Assembly: GCA_001780035.1 (NCBI GenBank)
Contig: MFEY01000004.1
Location: 10,399 to 74,398, forward strand
DNA from: Candidatus Doudnabacteria bacterium RIFCSPHIGHO2_12_FULL_48_16
GTDB lineage: Bacteria > Patescibacteriota > Doudnabacteria > UBA920 > O2-02-FULL-48-8
Reading direction: 5' to 3'
DNA: 64,000 nucleotides
Made by a program: the position numbers and the translations under genes. This document shows positions 1-9,034 of this stretch, one piece after another. The notes below the pieces were generated by a model, which was not told the DNA's origin, made no database searches, and saw only the letters and a program-made list of their open reading frames with translations. Position 1 is the first letter of the stretch. Every line of letters begins with the position of its first letter.

Positions 1-121
1 CAAAGGCAGCAATAATCAAAACCAAGGTCGAGAGGCCAAAAAAAAGCGGAAAGCGGCTCGTGCCAAATAAAAGCAAAAACAGCAAAACCGCCAAAGTTAT
101 GGAAAAAATTCTAGTAAACAT
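1..121 (-). CDS. Membrane protein, 5' part only (runs off the window)
   Basis: ATG at 121; open hydrophobic frame MFTRIFSITLAVLLFLLLFG... to the window edge; TATAAA-like -10 upstream. Confidence 0.6.
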   Translation of the reverse strand, partial: MFTRIFSITLAVLLFLLLFGTSRFPLFFGLSTLVLIIAAF

Positions 122-154
122 ACTTTATAACCATACCATTTTTCGGCCGAAAAA

Positions 155-961
155 TCAATCTTTTTTTAACCTCAAAAGCATGATTGCCGAAATGATCAGA
201 ACGCTGACGGCCGTAACCTGATCAACCCGAATGCCGTGTATCCAAAAACTATCGTTGCGAATCGCTTCCACCCCAAACCGGGCCAGCGAATATAACCCCA
301 AATAAGTCCAGCCTATTGCGCCGGGCCGGGTCCGGCCAATAAATTTTAACAGGATCAAAAAGATTATTATATCCGCAGCCGCCTCATACAAAAACGCCGG
401 GTGGACAAACTGGCCGTTAACCAGCATTTTCCAGGGCAAAGCGGTTGGAGTGCCAAAGGCTTCCTGGTTAAAAAAATTGCCGAACCGGCCCACGGCCTGG
501 GCCAGCGGCACCGACAGGGCGACCAGATCAAACAGTTGGTAAAAACTGTAGGCTTTTTTTCGGCTATAGATGACGGTAAAAATTAGTCCCGCGATCAGGC
601 CGCCGTAGATGGAGATGCCGCCGTGCCAAATTCTGTAAATTTCGGATAAATTCTGGCCGAAATAACTCCAATTAAACCCCACATAATAGATGCGGGCGCC
701 CAAAAAACCAACAATGACCGCCCAAAAAGTATAATCATCCACTGCCTGCTTACTGATGCCAAAACGCCAGGATAGGTGTCGGGCACAAAAATAGGCGCTG
801 GCAATTGCCAAGCCCATGGTCAAGCCATACAAGCGCAAATGAAAAAACCCAGCATCAATGACAGGGTTAATCACGAGATTGCCACTAAATGCTGGAATAA
901 AAACAAAATAAATTAGCAGAAGCGCTGCTAGTGTTGAAAGCGGCCAAATAAATTTTCTCAT
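155..961 (-). CDS. lgt: Prolipoprotein diacylglyceryl transferase
   Basis: Motifs LYGL, GARIYYV, IWHGGISIYGG, GRFGNFFNQEAFG, HPAFLYE, RFGVEAIR. Start moved to MRKF (961) to avoid overlapping the upstream gene. Confidence 0.93.
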   Translation of the reverse strand: MRKFIWPLSTLAALLLIYFVFIPAFSGNLVINPVIDAGFFHLRLYGLTMGLAIASAYFCARHLSWRFGISKQAVDDYTFWAVIVGFLGARIYYVGFNWSYFGQNLSEIYRIWHGGISIYGGLIAGLIFTVIYSRKKAYSFYQLFDLVALSVPLAQAVGRFGNFFNQEAFGTPTALPWKMLVNGQFVHPAFLYEAAADIIIFLILLKFIGRTRPGAIGWTYLGLYSLARFGVEAIRNDSFWIHGIRVDQVTAVSVLIISAIMLLRLKKD

Positions 962-974
962 AGGTTCCTTCCAA

Positions 975-1553
975 TTAAAACAGGCTCGCCTGTTTGGCCG
1001 CCGGCTTTCGGGCGGCTGGTTCGACAAACTTGACCTGAATTTCCCGGGTTTCAAAATAATCTTTATAGATCAGCTTATTGTATTTAAGCACATAGTCGTA
1101 GATTTCTTTGGTGATCTTCACATCATCCAGACAATACTTTTTCAGCTCTTCCAGCTGGCCCAGCTTCCAAAACTTCAAAGCTTGCAGGCCATCGCCGGAC
1201 TTGCCGACGCCCAAAGTCATTTGCGCCAAATTGTCCAATTTAACACGGTGGCCGATTATTTTTTCCACTTCCTCCAGAATATCCAGATAAGGCAGTTCTG
1301 AAAGTTTAAAATTCAAATACGGCTGCAGCACCTGGAAGTCAAAATTCTTAATGTTAAATCCGATGATCTGGTCGGCCTCGGACAGCATTTCGCCTAATTT
1401 ATGCATCTGGTCTTCGGCAAAAGCCAAATATTTATTTTGCGGATAGGAATAAATCCCGCAGACGGAAACTTTCAGCAGATGGTTTTTGCCAAATCCCCCG
1501 ACATCTTCAAAGGACTTCTGTGTCTCCAGATCTAATACAATTTTATTGAGCAT
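975..1553 (-). CDS. RNase H-like / DEDD 3'-5' exonuclease (YprB-like)
   Basis: ExoI LDLET, ExoII GFNIKNFD, ExoIII YCLDDV; C-terminal QASLF. Confidence 0.85.
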   Translation of the reverse strand: MLNKIVLDLETQKSFEDVGGFGKNHLLKVSVCGIYSYPQNKYLAFAEDQMHKLGEMLSEADQIIGFNIKNFDFQVLQPYLNFKLSELPYLDILEEVEKIIGHRVKLDNLAQMTLGVGKSGDGLQALKFWKLGQLEELKKYCLDDVKITKEIYDYVLKYNKLIYKDYFETREIQVKFVEPAARKPAAKQASLF

Positions 1554-1684
1554 TTTGTTATCTGTTATCTAGTCTATGTTGTCTGCCTTACCAATTATAG
1601 CACAATCGATTTTAGATAAAATAAGCTCCGGTTTGGTAAAAAATATCTTTTCTGTTATAATATTGAGGCAATTTTTAAATTTTT

Positions 1685-3091
1685 ATGACACGCACACTCA
1701 TCAAAGACACTGCCAACAAGGTTGGCGAAATGGTTTTGATCAAAGGCTGGGTTAATATCCGCCGCGATCACGGCAAACTGATCTTTTTGGATATCCGCGA
1801 CCGATCCGGGCTCATTCAGGTGGTGATCAATCCAAAAGTTTCCGCTGAAGCCCATCAAGCCGCTTCGGAACTGCGCAACGAATTTGTCGTCGAACTGGAA
1901 GGCATGATCAATCCCCGCTCCGAAAAGCAAATCAACGCGCATTTAGAAACTGGCAAGATTGAAATGGAAGTTACCAGACTTGAGATTTTAAGCCACGCCA
2001 AAAATTTACCTTTCGAAATCAACGAAGACACACGCAAGGTCAACGAGGAAATGCGGATGAAGTTCCGCTACCTCGATTTGAAATCCGAACGCATGGCCAA
2101 GAACATGCGCCTGCGCTTCAAAGCGGCCGGATTAGTCCGCGAATACCTGACCAAAGAAGGATTTGTCGAAATCGAAACTCCAATGCTGACCAAATCCTCG
2201 CCCGAAGGCGCGAGAGACTTTTTGGTTCCCTCCCGCCTGCAACCAGGAAACTTTTACGCCTTGCCCCAAGCCCCCCAGCAATACAAGCAACTGCTCATGA
2301 TTGCGGGGATCGAAAGATATTTCCAAATGGCCCGCGCCATGCGGGATGAAGATTTGCGCGGCGACCGCCAATTGGAACACACCCAGATCGATTTGGAAAT
2401 GTCATTTGTCAAAGAACGCGATGTCTTGGATCTCGTGGAAGGCCTGATGATTCATGTGGCAGAATCGTGCGGCAAAAAGATTTGGAAGAAGCCTTTCCCG
2501 GTTTTTACCCACGAAGAAGCCGTAACGCAATTCGGCGCGGATAAATTCGATTTGCGTGGGCCTGACAAAGATCCTAATGTAATGGCCTTTGCCTGGGTCG
2601 TGGATTTCCCGCTTTTGGAATGGGATGAAGACGAGAAGCGCTACACCTTTGCTCATAATCCTTTTTCCGCGCCTAAAGCTGAACACGTCGAAAAGCTCAT
2701 GAAGGGCGAGGATTTGCCGAACTTGCGGGCCCAACAGTACGACTTGGTTTGCAATGGCTTTGAATTAGCGTCCGGCGGTGTCCGCATCTCGGACCCGACC
2801 GTCCAGCGCAAAGTCTTTGAAATCATGGGGCTCACGCCAGAACAAACCGAAGAGCGCTTTGGTCATTTGATCGCGGCTTACGAATACGGAGCGCCCCCGC
2901 ATGCCGGCATGGCTCCGGGATTTGACCGCCTCGTCATGTTGCTAGCGAATGAAGAAAACATTCGTGAAGTTATTGCCTTCCCAGTCAATTCCTCGGGCCG
3001 CACTTCAGTTATGGATGCACCGTCCCCGGCGACAGACAAACAATTGAAAGATCTTCATATCAAGGTTGATTTACCCAAAGACAAGAAATAA
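1685..3091 (+). CDS. aspS: Aspartate-tRNA ligase, short form without GAD insertion, probably non-discriminating
   Basis: RRDHGKLIFLDIRD, EGARDFLVPSR, LPQAPQQYKQLLM, RDEDLRGDRQ, GAPPHAGMAPGFDR. Confidence 0.96.
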   Translation: MTRTLIKDTANKVGEMVLIKGWVNIRRDHGKLIFLDIRDRSGLIQVVINPKVSAEAHQAASELRNEFVVELEGMINPRSEKQINAHLETGKIEMEVTRLEILSHAKNLPFEINEDTRKVNEEMRMKFRYLDLKSERMAKNMRLRFKAAGLVREYLTKEGFVEIETPMLTKSSPEGARDFLVPSRLQPGNFYALPQAPQQYKQLLMIAGIERYFQMARAMRDEDLRGDRQLEHTQIDLEMSFVKERDVLDLVEGLMIHVAESCGKKIWKKPFPVFTHEEAVTQFGADKFDLRGPDKDPNVMAFAWVVDFPLLEWDEDEKRYTFAHNPFSAPKAEHVEKLMKGEDLPNLRAQQYDLVCNGFELASGGVRISDPTVQRKVFEIMGLTPEQTEERFGHLIAAYEYGAPPHAGMAPGFDRLVMLLANEENIREVIAFPVNSSGRTSVMDAPSPATDKQLKDLHIKVDLPKDKK

Positions 3092-3274
3092 ATGCGCCCT
3101 TATAGAATTGTCCAAGTATTCATAATTATTTTCACTGCTGTAATAGCACTGGTATTAGCAATAAATTATTTACTGGATGGATACGTAAAAGAAGGCGTGT
3201 TGGCCATAGTGGCTGAATTAATAATTCTGAGCATCTTTGTTTGGAACTATAAATACTACTTTCATCGAAATTAA
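3092..3274 (+). CDS. Small two-helix membrane protein
   Basis: 60 aa, two hydrophobic stretches, abuts aspS stop, AT-rich. Confidence 0.5.
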   Translation: MRPYRIVQVFIIIFTAVIALVLAINYLLDGYVKEGVLAIVAELIILSIFVWNYKYYFHRN

Positions 3275-3282
3275 AAAATAGC

Positions 3283-3377
3283 ACCATTGCGAGAAGGCGA
3301 ATACTTAAGTGCTAATTTTGTCGCCGACGAAGCAATCTTATCAAAGATCGCCACGCGCCTGCGGCGCTCGCGATGGT
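3283..3377. repeat. Palindromic REP/RPE-like element, GCGAG...GAAGCAATCT family
   Basis: Terminal IR ACCATTGCGAG/CTCGCGATGGT; core CGCCGACGAAGCAATCT shared with 61381-61508. Confidence 0.8.
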
Positions 3378-3385
3378 TAAACCTT

Positions 3386-3850
3386 ATGATCTCCAAACCC
3401 CTAGAAAAATTACTGAAACAAAGCAAAGTTAAATATGAAATCGTAGAACATCGCAAAGTCTATACGGCTTTTGATTCGGCGGAAACCCAGGATCTGAAGC
3501 TTGGCGAAGTCGCCAAAGCGGTTTTATTGAAGGGAAAGAAAAATCTTTATCTCGCCGTGCTCCCGGCTGGCAATAACTGTGACTTCAAGGCCTTGGACAA
3601 ACTGGCTGGGGATAAATTATCCATGGCGAAAGAAAGCGATATCAAGAACAAACTAAAAACCAAGATCGGCTTGATCCCGCCATTTGGCTCATTGTTCAAA
3701 CTGCCGGTATTTCTGGATAAGAAACTCTTGAAGAACAAAAAAATCAATCTCCCGGCCGGATCCTACACAGAATCTGTGGTTATGACGATTAAGGATTATA
3801 TAAAACTGGAAAACCCGATCGCCGGTAACTTTAGTGTCAAGAAAGGCTAG
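3386..3850 (+). CDS. YbaK/EbsC family aminoacyl-tRNA editing protein
   Basis: VAKAVLLK, LAVLPA, GLIPPFG, AGSYTESV. Start at MISK; the upstream ORF extension is the repeat element. Confidence 0.88.
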   Translation: MISKPLEKLLKQSKVKYEIVEHRKVYTAFDSAETQDLKLGEVAKAVLLKGKKNLYLAVLPAGNNCDFKALDKLAGDKLSMAKESDIKNKLKTKIGLIPPFGSLFKLPVFLDKKLLKNKKINLPAGSYTESVVMTIKDYIKLENPIAGNFSVKKG

Positions 3851-3853
3851 CCT

Positions 3854-3913
3854 CGCAATCCTGAATTTAATTCAGGATCTCTCCTAAAATTCCGAATCAA
3901 GTCCAGAATTGCG
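3854..3913. repeat. REP-like double hairpin, CCTGAA...TTCAGGATCT family
   Basis: CGCAATCCTGAATTTAATTCAGGATCT...CAGAATTGCG; relatives at 26749, 46864 and 62403. Confidence 0.75.
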
Positions 3914-3928
3914 TATTTTCAAAAGTAA

Positions 3929-4642
3929 ATGCAAATCAAAACCGCACAATTTGAAGGCCCGCTGGATCTGCTGCTGCAGTTGATTCAAGAGCAGCGTATG
4001 GATATTTCGACCGTTGCCTTGGCCGGCGTAACCGAGCAATTCCTCTCTTACGTTAAAAATTTACAGAATAAAAACCCAGTCAACCTGGCGGATTTCCTGA
4101 TCATTGCGGCCAAACTCCTGGTCATTAAATCCAAATCCCTGCTCCCCAACCTGGAATTGGGCATTGAGGACGAAGAGGCGGCCTTTGATCTGACCGCCCA
4201 GCTACTGACATACAAAAAATTCAAAGAAGTCGCCAAATTTCTGCGGCGATTGGATTTTAAACACAAACAGTCTTGGACCCGGGATGTGGATTTTCTCGAT
4301 AAAATCACATTTGTCCCCGATCCCGATGCCGACATTCAAGCATTGGCCAACAGCCTTAGGACCCTGGCGGCCGAACTCAAAGACATCGTGCGGCTGCCGC
4401 AACAGGTCATGAAAGAGATAGTTTCAATATCGGATAAAATCGCCCATATTCAAAAATTGATTTCGGAAAAGATTGAGACCTCCCTCTCCTCTCTCCTGAA
4501 AGAAGCCAGGACCAAAACCGAGGTAATCGTAACTTTCCTGGCGCTGCTCGAACTGACCAAGCAAAAAGTTTTAACAATCGAACAAAGCGAAGCCTTTGCG
4601 GACATTATGATCAAAAAACGCGAACCAAATGAATCGGCTTAA
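3929..4642 (+). CDS. scpA: Segregation and condensation protein A
   Basis: FEGPLDLLLQLI, ADFLIIAAKLLVIKSKSLLP, VTFLALLEL. Confidence 0.95.
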   Translation: MQIKTAQFEGPLDLLLQLIQEQRMDISTVALAGVTEQFLSYVKNLQNKNPVNLADFLIIAAKLLVIKSKSLLPNLELGIEDEEAAFDLTAQLLTYKKFKEVAKFLRRLDFKHKQSWTRDVDFLDKITFVPDPDADIQALANSLRTLAAELKDIVRLPQQVMKEIVSISDKIAHIQKLISEKIETSLSSLLKEARTKTEVIVTFLALLELTKQKVLTIEQSEAFADIMIKKREPNESA

Positions 4643-5189
4643 ATCCCAAATTTTATCAATTCTGTTCGTCGCCTCGAAGCCCGTTGGCCTAAAAGAGCTG
4701 GCCGACGCCTTGGAAACAGAGGAGGCCCAAATCAAACAGGCGGTGACGGAGATCGTGGCCGGCAATCAAAATTCCGGCATTATCTTGCTGGCCCACAACA
4801 ACAAATTGCAGCTATCTTCCAATCCCGACAACAGTTCGCAAGTCAAAAAATTCTTATCCCTCGAGCTGCGGGAAAAACTCACCGATGCCTCGCTTGAAAC
4901 CCTGGCGATCATTCTTTACAAACAGCCGGTGTCCAAAGCCGAGATAGAAAATATCCGCGGCGTCAATTCCCAATACTCCCTCCGGCATTTGCTGATTCGC
5001 GGCTTAATTGAAAAAATCCCTTCTCCTTCGGACAAGCGGATACAGCTTTACAAAACCACTCTGGAATTCATGCAGCATCTCGGGATAAAGGATATGAAAG
5101 AATTGCCGGATTTTGACGAGTTAACCAAAGGGATTGAGCTTTCGCCAAAAGTCGAAAGCTTTCAGGCATTAGAAAACAATGCTATCTAA
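4629..5189 (+). CDS. scpB: Segregation and condensation protein B
   Basis: LETLAIILYKQPVSKAEIENIRGVNS, YKTTLEF; follows scpA. Confidence 0.95.
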   Translation: MNRLKSQILSILFVASKPVGLKELADALETEEAQIKQAVTEIVAGNQNSGIILLAHNNKLQLSSNPDNSSQVKKFLSLELREKLTDASLETLAIILYKQPVSKAEIENIRGVNSQYSLRHLLIRGLIEKIPSPSDKRIQLYKTTLEFMQHLGIKDMKELPDFDELTKGIELSPKVESFQALENNAI

Positions 5190-5283
5190 AGATTTCCTGA
5201 CTCTTTTAGGCATTCTAGCTATGATTAGGCGGCATCAAATCAACCCGGCCTCTCGCGAAAGGCGGGGTTATCGTTGATAGTGA

Positions 5284-5466
5284 TTAGTAGCTAAAACGTT
5301 CTCTTAGGTTAAAAAGGCAGATCTTGGCCACTTGTTCGACTGCTGCGTCATGGTAAGTCTGCAGCAAATTCTTGACCCAGCGTTCAAATTCGCGAAACGC
5401 CTTTTTACTGTTTACTTGTTGGGCTTTATCTTTAATTTCATAGAGAAGCAGCAGTGGTGTAGACAT
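5284..5466 (-). CDS. Small hypothetical protein
   Basis: 60-aa ATG ORF in an otherwise empty gap, ending near a hairpin at ~5243-5269. Confidence 0.4.
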   Translation of the reverse strand: MSTPLLLLYEIKDKAQQVNSKKAFREFERWVKNLLQTYHDAAVEQVAKICLFNLRERFSY

Positions 5467-5540
5467 ATATTTTATTTATTTCTTAATGATGAGTCTTTTT
5501 CTAATCGATAGGGACGGCGTATTGTTACACTTGAATTTTA

Positions 5541-6545
5541 TCACTCTATTTTACCCGAAAGCAAGTCCTTGGCCAGGGCCCACATTCCCCAATCATTATG
5601 CTGTTTGGCCAGCCAATACCACCATTCCACTCCCCAAAGATAATTGTCATGAAACCCAGCGGCTTTCGCATATTCGATATTCTCGCGGAAGACCTTGGGA
5701 TTCATAAGAGCCATCTGAGTATTAAGGTCAATTTTGCTGACTGAGTCCGAAAGCCAAGGCTCGGCCTGCAACTCCACGCCGATCAGATTGCGCATGGGCG
5801 TAAAAGTTTGAACGACCCCGGCCTTGATTCGAAAAAATGCCGGCGGCAGAGGGTAGCGAAAATATCCGGTAAAATCATTGCGGACCACCCGATACATAGT
5901 TGTTCCAAACAAGTCCGCCCCGGTGGTTGCGGTTGGGAGCCAACGGCCAAACTCCCCGCTATCGGCCACCATAACGGGCCGGCTATCCAATGATTTCACC
6001 AAAGCTATTTCTTCTTTCAAAAAATCCCGGTTGGCTTTTGGGCACATTTCGCCAAATCCAAACAATGGTTCATTCTGAACTTGCCAAATTTTAACCGCTT
6101 CAAAAGATTTAAAATGATTAATGGCCGCAACGACCATTTCAAGCTCAGCATTCTGCTGCTCAAATTCCGATAAGTCCCTGGCCCACGAAGGGACGTGGCA
6201 CTCGGGCCAACGGGGTTGTTTTTTACCGACGACCAAAATGACTTCGGTATCATATTGTCGGGCTAAATTTAAAAAATCATCAATTTCGGCAAAATCATAG
6301 GTGCCTCGCTGGCGTTCGATCTGGTTCCAATAGGCACTAAGGCGAATTTTGTCCGGTTTTAAATCGGACAAGATATCCAAATACAGCTGCCGAGGATCGA
6401 ATCCCAGTTCCCTAGCCCGGGATTGAGAAAAATTCAGGCCCCAGCTAAACTCAGTAGCCGGTTGAAATTGATGATAGAAAAAAATCCCAGCCGCCAGGAA
6501 AACTAAAACGATAAAACCTGATAATTTTAAATACTTATGCTTCAT
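5541..6545 (-). CDS. Membrane-anchored clan GH-A glycoside hydrolase (GH42/GH35/GH5-like)
   Basis: N-terminal TM helix; YWNQIE..GTYDF; WQVQNEP acid/base; ELQAEPW nucleophile region. Confidence 0.8.
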   Translation of the reverse strand: MKHKYLKLSGFIVLVFLAAGIFFYHQFQPATEFSWGLNFSQSRARELGFDPRQLYLDILSDLKPDKIRLSAYWNQIERQRGTYDFAEIDDFLNLARQYDTEVILVVGKKQPRWPECHVPSWARDLSEFEQQNAELEMVVAAINHFKSFEAVKIWQVQNEPLFGFGEMCPKANRDFLKEEIALVKSLDSRPVMVADSGEFGRWLPTATTGADLFGTTMYRVVRNDFTGYFRYPLPPAFFRIKAGVVQTFTPMRNLIGVELQAEPWLSDSVSKIDLNTQMALMNPKVFRENIEYAKAAGFHDNYLWGVEWWYWLAKQHNDWGMWALAKDLLSGKIE

Positions 6546-6647
6546 CCCGTTAGAAATAGTGATTAGTTAATAATTAGAATCTTTATACTGGAACCCGTTC
6601 AGTTCTATTTTGGTCATAAATCAAACTACGTAAAATTTCTAACGGGA
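6545..6647. mobile_element. MITE-like element, TCCCGTTAGAAAT TIR family (copy A)
   Basis: 13-bp perfect TIR at 6545-6557 and 6635-6647; 29 bp identical to the copy at 52455. Confidence 0.8.
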
Positions 6648-6648
6648 C

Positions 6649-7542
6649 TCATAGACTAAGAAATACCAAGCCAGTTGTAATTAAAGCGATGGCAATAATT
6701 TTTTGCGCCAGAATACTGCCGGTAATATCTTCTTTCAAAATCTTGGGGTAAAATTCGGAAAACACGATACCCAACAGCAGCACGAACACAAATTGAACCC
6801 CCTGGAGAGCATTAACAATCACAACGCTGCCGAGCGCTATCGCGTAATTTTGAAGCAAACTGCCGGCGGCGCCGGCCATATGGGACGAATAAAACAAAAA
6901 TTTACTTTGTTTTGATGTCTGTCTCGGGGCGGCCATAATATCATGGCGGGTTTTCGGGCTGAGCAACAATAAGGCTGCCCCCAGCGCTAATCCCAACCGA
7001 GTCCAAATCAAACCGGAAATAAAATTAGTTTCATTATATATATATTTGGTCAGAATGAAGGAGACTGCAAATAAAAATGCGGCCAGGACCATATCGCGCC
7101 AGCCCAAGGCGTGCCAGCCGGTCTTGGTCTTTTTGAAATCAATCACAACGGCGCCAATCACAAGTAAAGCAAACGCCAATAGCTGGGTGTGGTTTAGGCT
7201 ATCCAGGCCGGTAAAGTAAGCCAAAATCAGAGTAAAAAACGGAACCAGCCCGCCCTCAATCGGCAAAATTCTCGAAATGCTGGCGCGCTGGATCGACAAA
7301 TAGAAAAAATATAATGCAAAGGTAAACGCGATACCGGCGAGCGCGGCAACCAGATAATTGGCCGGAGTCAAGGCGTGGATGCCGAAGGGCAATAATGCCA
7401 GAACGGCCAGACTGCTGATTCCCACATAAAAAGCATAAACCCCGGGGTTGCCGATTCTTTTGGTCAGCAAAAATTTATCAGCCACGCCATTAACGGCCAA
7501 TAAAATATAAGCGATAACGGCAATCAAAATCCAGGAGACCAT
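6649..7542 (-). CDS. EamA/DMT family transporter
   Basis: About 10 TM helices in two repeats, DMT-like pattern. Confidence 0.8.
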   Translation of the reverse strand: MVSWILIAVIAYILLAVNGVADKFLLTKRIGNPGVYAFYVGISSLAVLALLPFGIHALTPANYLVAALAGIAFTFALYFFYLSIQRASISRILPIEGGLVPFFTLILAYFTGLDSLNHTQLLAFALLVIGAVVIDFKKTKTGWHALGWRDMVLAAFLFAVSFILTKYIYNETNFISGLIWTRLGLALGAALLLLSPKTRHDIMAAPRQTSKQSKFLFYSSHMAGAAGSLLQNYAIALGSVVIVNALQGVQFVFVLLLGIVFSEFYPKILKEDITGSILAQKIIAIALITTGLVFLSL

Positions 7543-8766
7543 TTAGTTAAATTTAATTTCCTTAAATATTTCGGCTGAGGGACGGATTTTGCGCTCTTGA
7601 GTCGCATAATTGACTTCAATCAAGCCGAAGCGCGGCCCAAATCCGTCATGCCATTCATAATTATCGGTCAGCGACCAGTGGAAATAGCCCCGCAGATCAA
7701 CTCCTTGATCCAGGGCTTTGGTCAGCCAAGACAGCGTCTCACTCAAAAATTTTGGCCGGCGGGTATCAGCCGCGTCCGCCAAGCCGTTTTCCGTAATGTA
7801 AATCGGTTTTTTATATGTTTTTAGATCCAAAAGCAAATGATAAATTCCTTCCGGGTGCAGAACCCAGCCCATATCGGAACGGCTCAGCTGATCATCCAGT
7901 TTCATTTGGCCGTAAGTGAAGTTGCGGTTCATTTCATCCATGCCGTGCCGCCAACTGAATTTACACCGGTTATAAAAATAATAATTGAGTCCGATAAAAT
8001 CCTGATACTGTTCGATTTTTTGCAGAAAATAGTGATTGCCGATCCGGTCGGCGATGTAGGCCGTGAGCCGGTCAAGCAAATTATTTTTTCCATAGGCTTC
8101 AAAATAGGCGAAATTTTTGGCAATGCCGATCGGCACCGGACCCAGCGCCTGCTTAATGGCTCTGTAGCCAGCTTTGTGCGCTTCGATTAAGTTGTCCACC
8201 ACCTTGCGGGTCAACAACAGATTTTTCTTAAACGGCGGATGATGGCCCCGCTTATAGGAAGCCATGGCGTAAACTTCCGGTTCATTGAGCGTGACCCAAA
8301 GATCGATTTCCTTGCCCAAATTCTGCGCCACGAACCAAGCATACCGGCCAAACGCCTCAATACCCTCTTTTGTCTCAAACCCCCCTTTATCCGCCAGCCA
8401 TTGGGGCAAAGTCCAATGCCACAGAGTGACCATGCGGGTCAGCCCCTGCTCCTTCATTGACTGCAAAACCTTTTTATAGTGTTCAATGGCCTTGCTGTCC
8501 CAGCGGCCTTCCTTCGGCTCAATCCTGGCCCATTCAATCGAAATTCGCATGGCATTGAGGCCAATGCTCCTGGCCAAGCCAAAATCTTCCGGATACCGGT
8601 TGTAATGATCGCAAGCGGCACCGGATTTGGGTAGTTTGCCCGCCTGCTCCCAATGCCACCAATCCGAATTGATGTTGTTGCCCTCAACCTGGTGCGCGCT
8701 GGCAGCGGCACCCATTAAAAAATCGTTTGGAAATTGAAATTTTGTTTCCTGACTTGGGGTTTCCAT
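7543..8766 (-). CDS. Glycoside hydrolase family 1 (beta-glucosidase)
   Basis: FLMGAAASAHQVEG, RISIEWARIEP, TLNEP, YITENG, WSLTDNYEW..GFGPRFGL. Confidence 0.95.
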   Translation of the reverse strand: METPSQETKFQFPNDFLMGAAASAHQVEGNNINSDWWHWEQAGKLPKSGAACDHYNRYPEDFGLARSIGLNAMRISIEWARIEPKEGRWDSKAIEHYKKVLQSMKEQGLTRMVTLWHWTLPQWLADKGGFETKEGIEAFGRYAWFVAQNLGKEIDLWVTLNEPEVYAMASYKRGHHPPFKKNLLLTRKVVDNLIEAHKAGYRAIKQALGPVPIGIAKNFAYFEAYGKNNLLDRLTAYIADRIGNHYFLQKIEQYQDFIGLNYYFYNRCKFSWRHGMDEMNRNFTYGQMKLDDQLSRSDMGWVLHPEGIYHLLLDLKTYKKPIYITENGLADAADTRRPKFLSETLSWLTKALDQGVDLRGYFHWSLTDNYEWHDGFGPRFGLIEVNYATQERKIRPSAEIFKEIKFN

Positions 8767-8852
8767 AGCTCTTTAATTATACCATTTTTACCGAAAAAAC
8801 CGAACCGTCGTGTCAATACAAAAAACCCGATCGTCAAATCGGATTTTTTGTC

Positions 8853-8927
8853 TGGTGACCTCACAGGGAATCGAACCCTGATTCTAGCGTTGAGAACGCT
8901 ATGTCCTAACCGTTAGACGATGAGGCC
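8853..8927 (-). tRNA. tRNA-Glu(CTC)
   Basis: GGCCTCA acceptor stem, anticodon arm TAGCG-TTCTCAA-CGCTA, GGTTCGATT T-loop, CCA end. Confidence 0.96.
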
Positions 8928-9034
8928 TTAATCTACAGCTAATTATACGATTTTATACAATTTACATCAATAACCAAAAAACCCTCCGGTGATTACGGGA
9001 GGGTTTTGTTTTTCGGTCTGGATTAACAGAATTA

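Noticed and set aside
1685-3091. Short AspRS and ThrRS as truncations or pseudogenes
   Set aside because: Catalytic motifs are intact; loss of GAD and TGS domains is a known streamlined architecture
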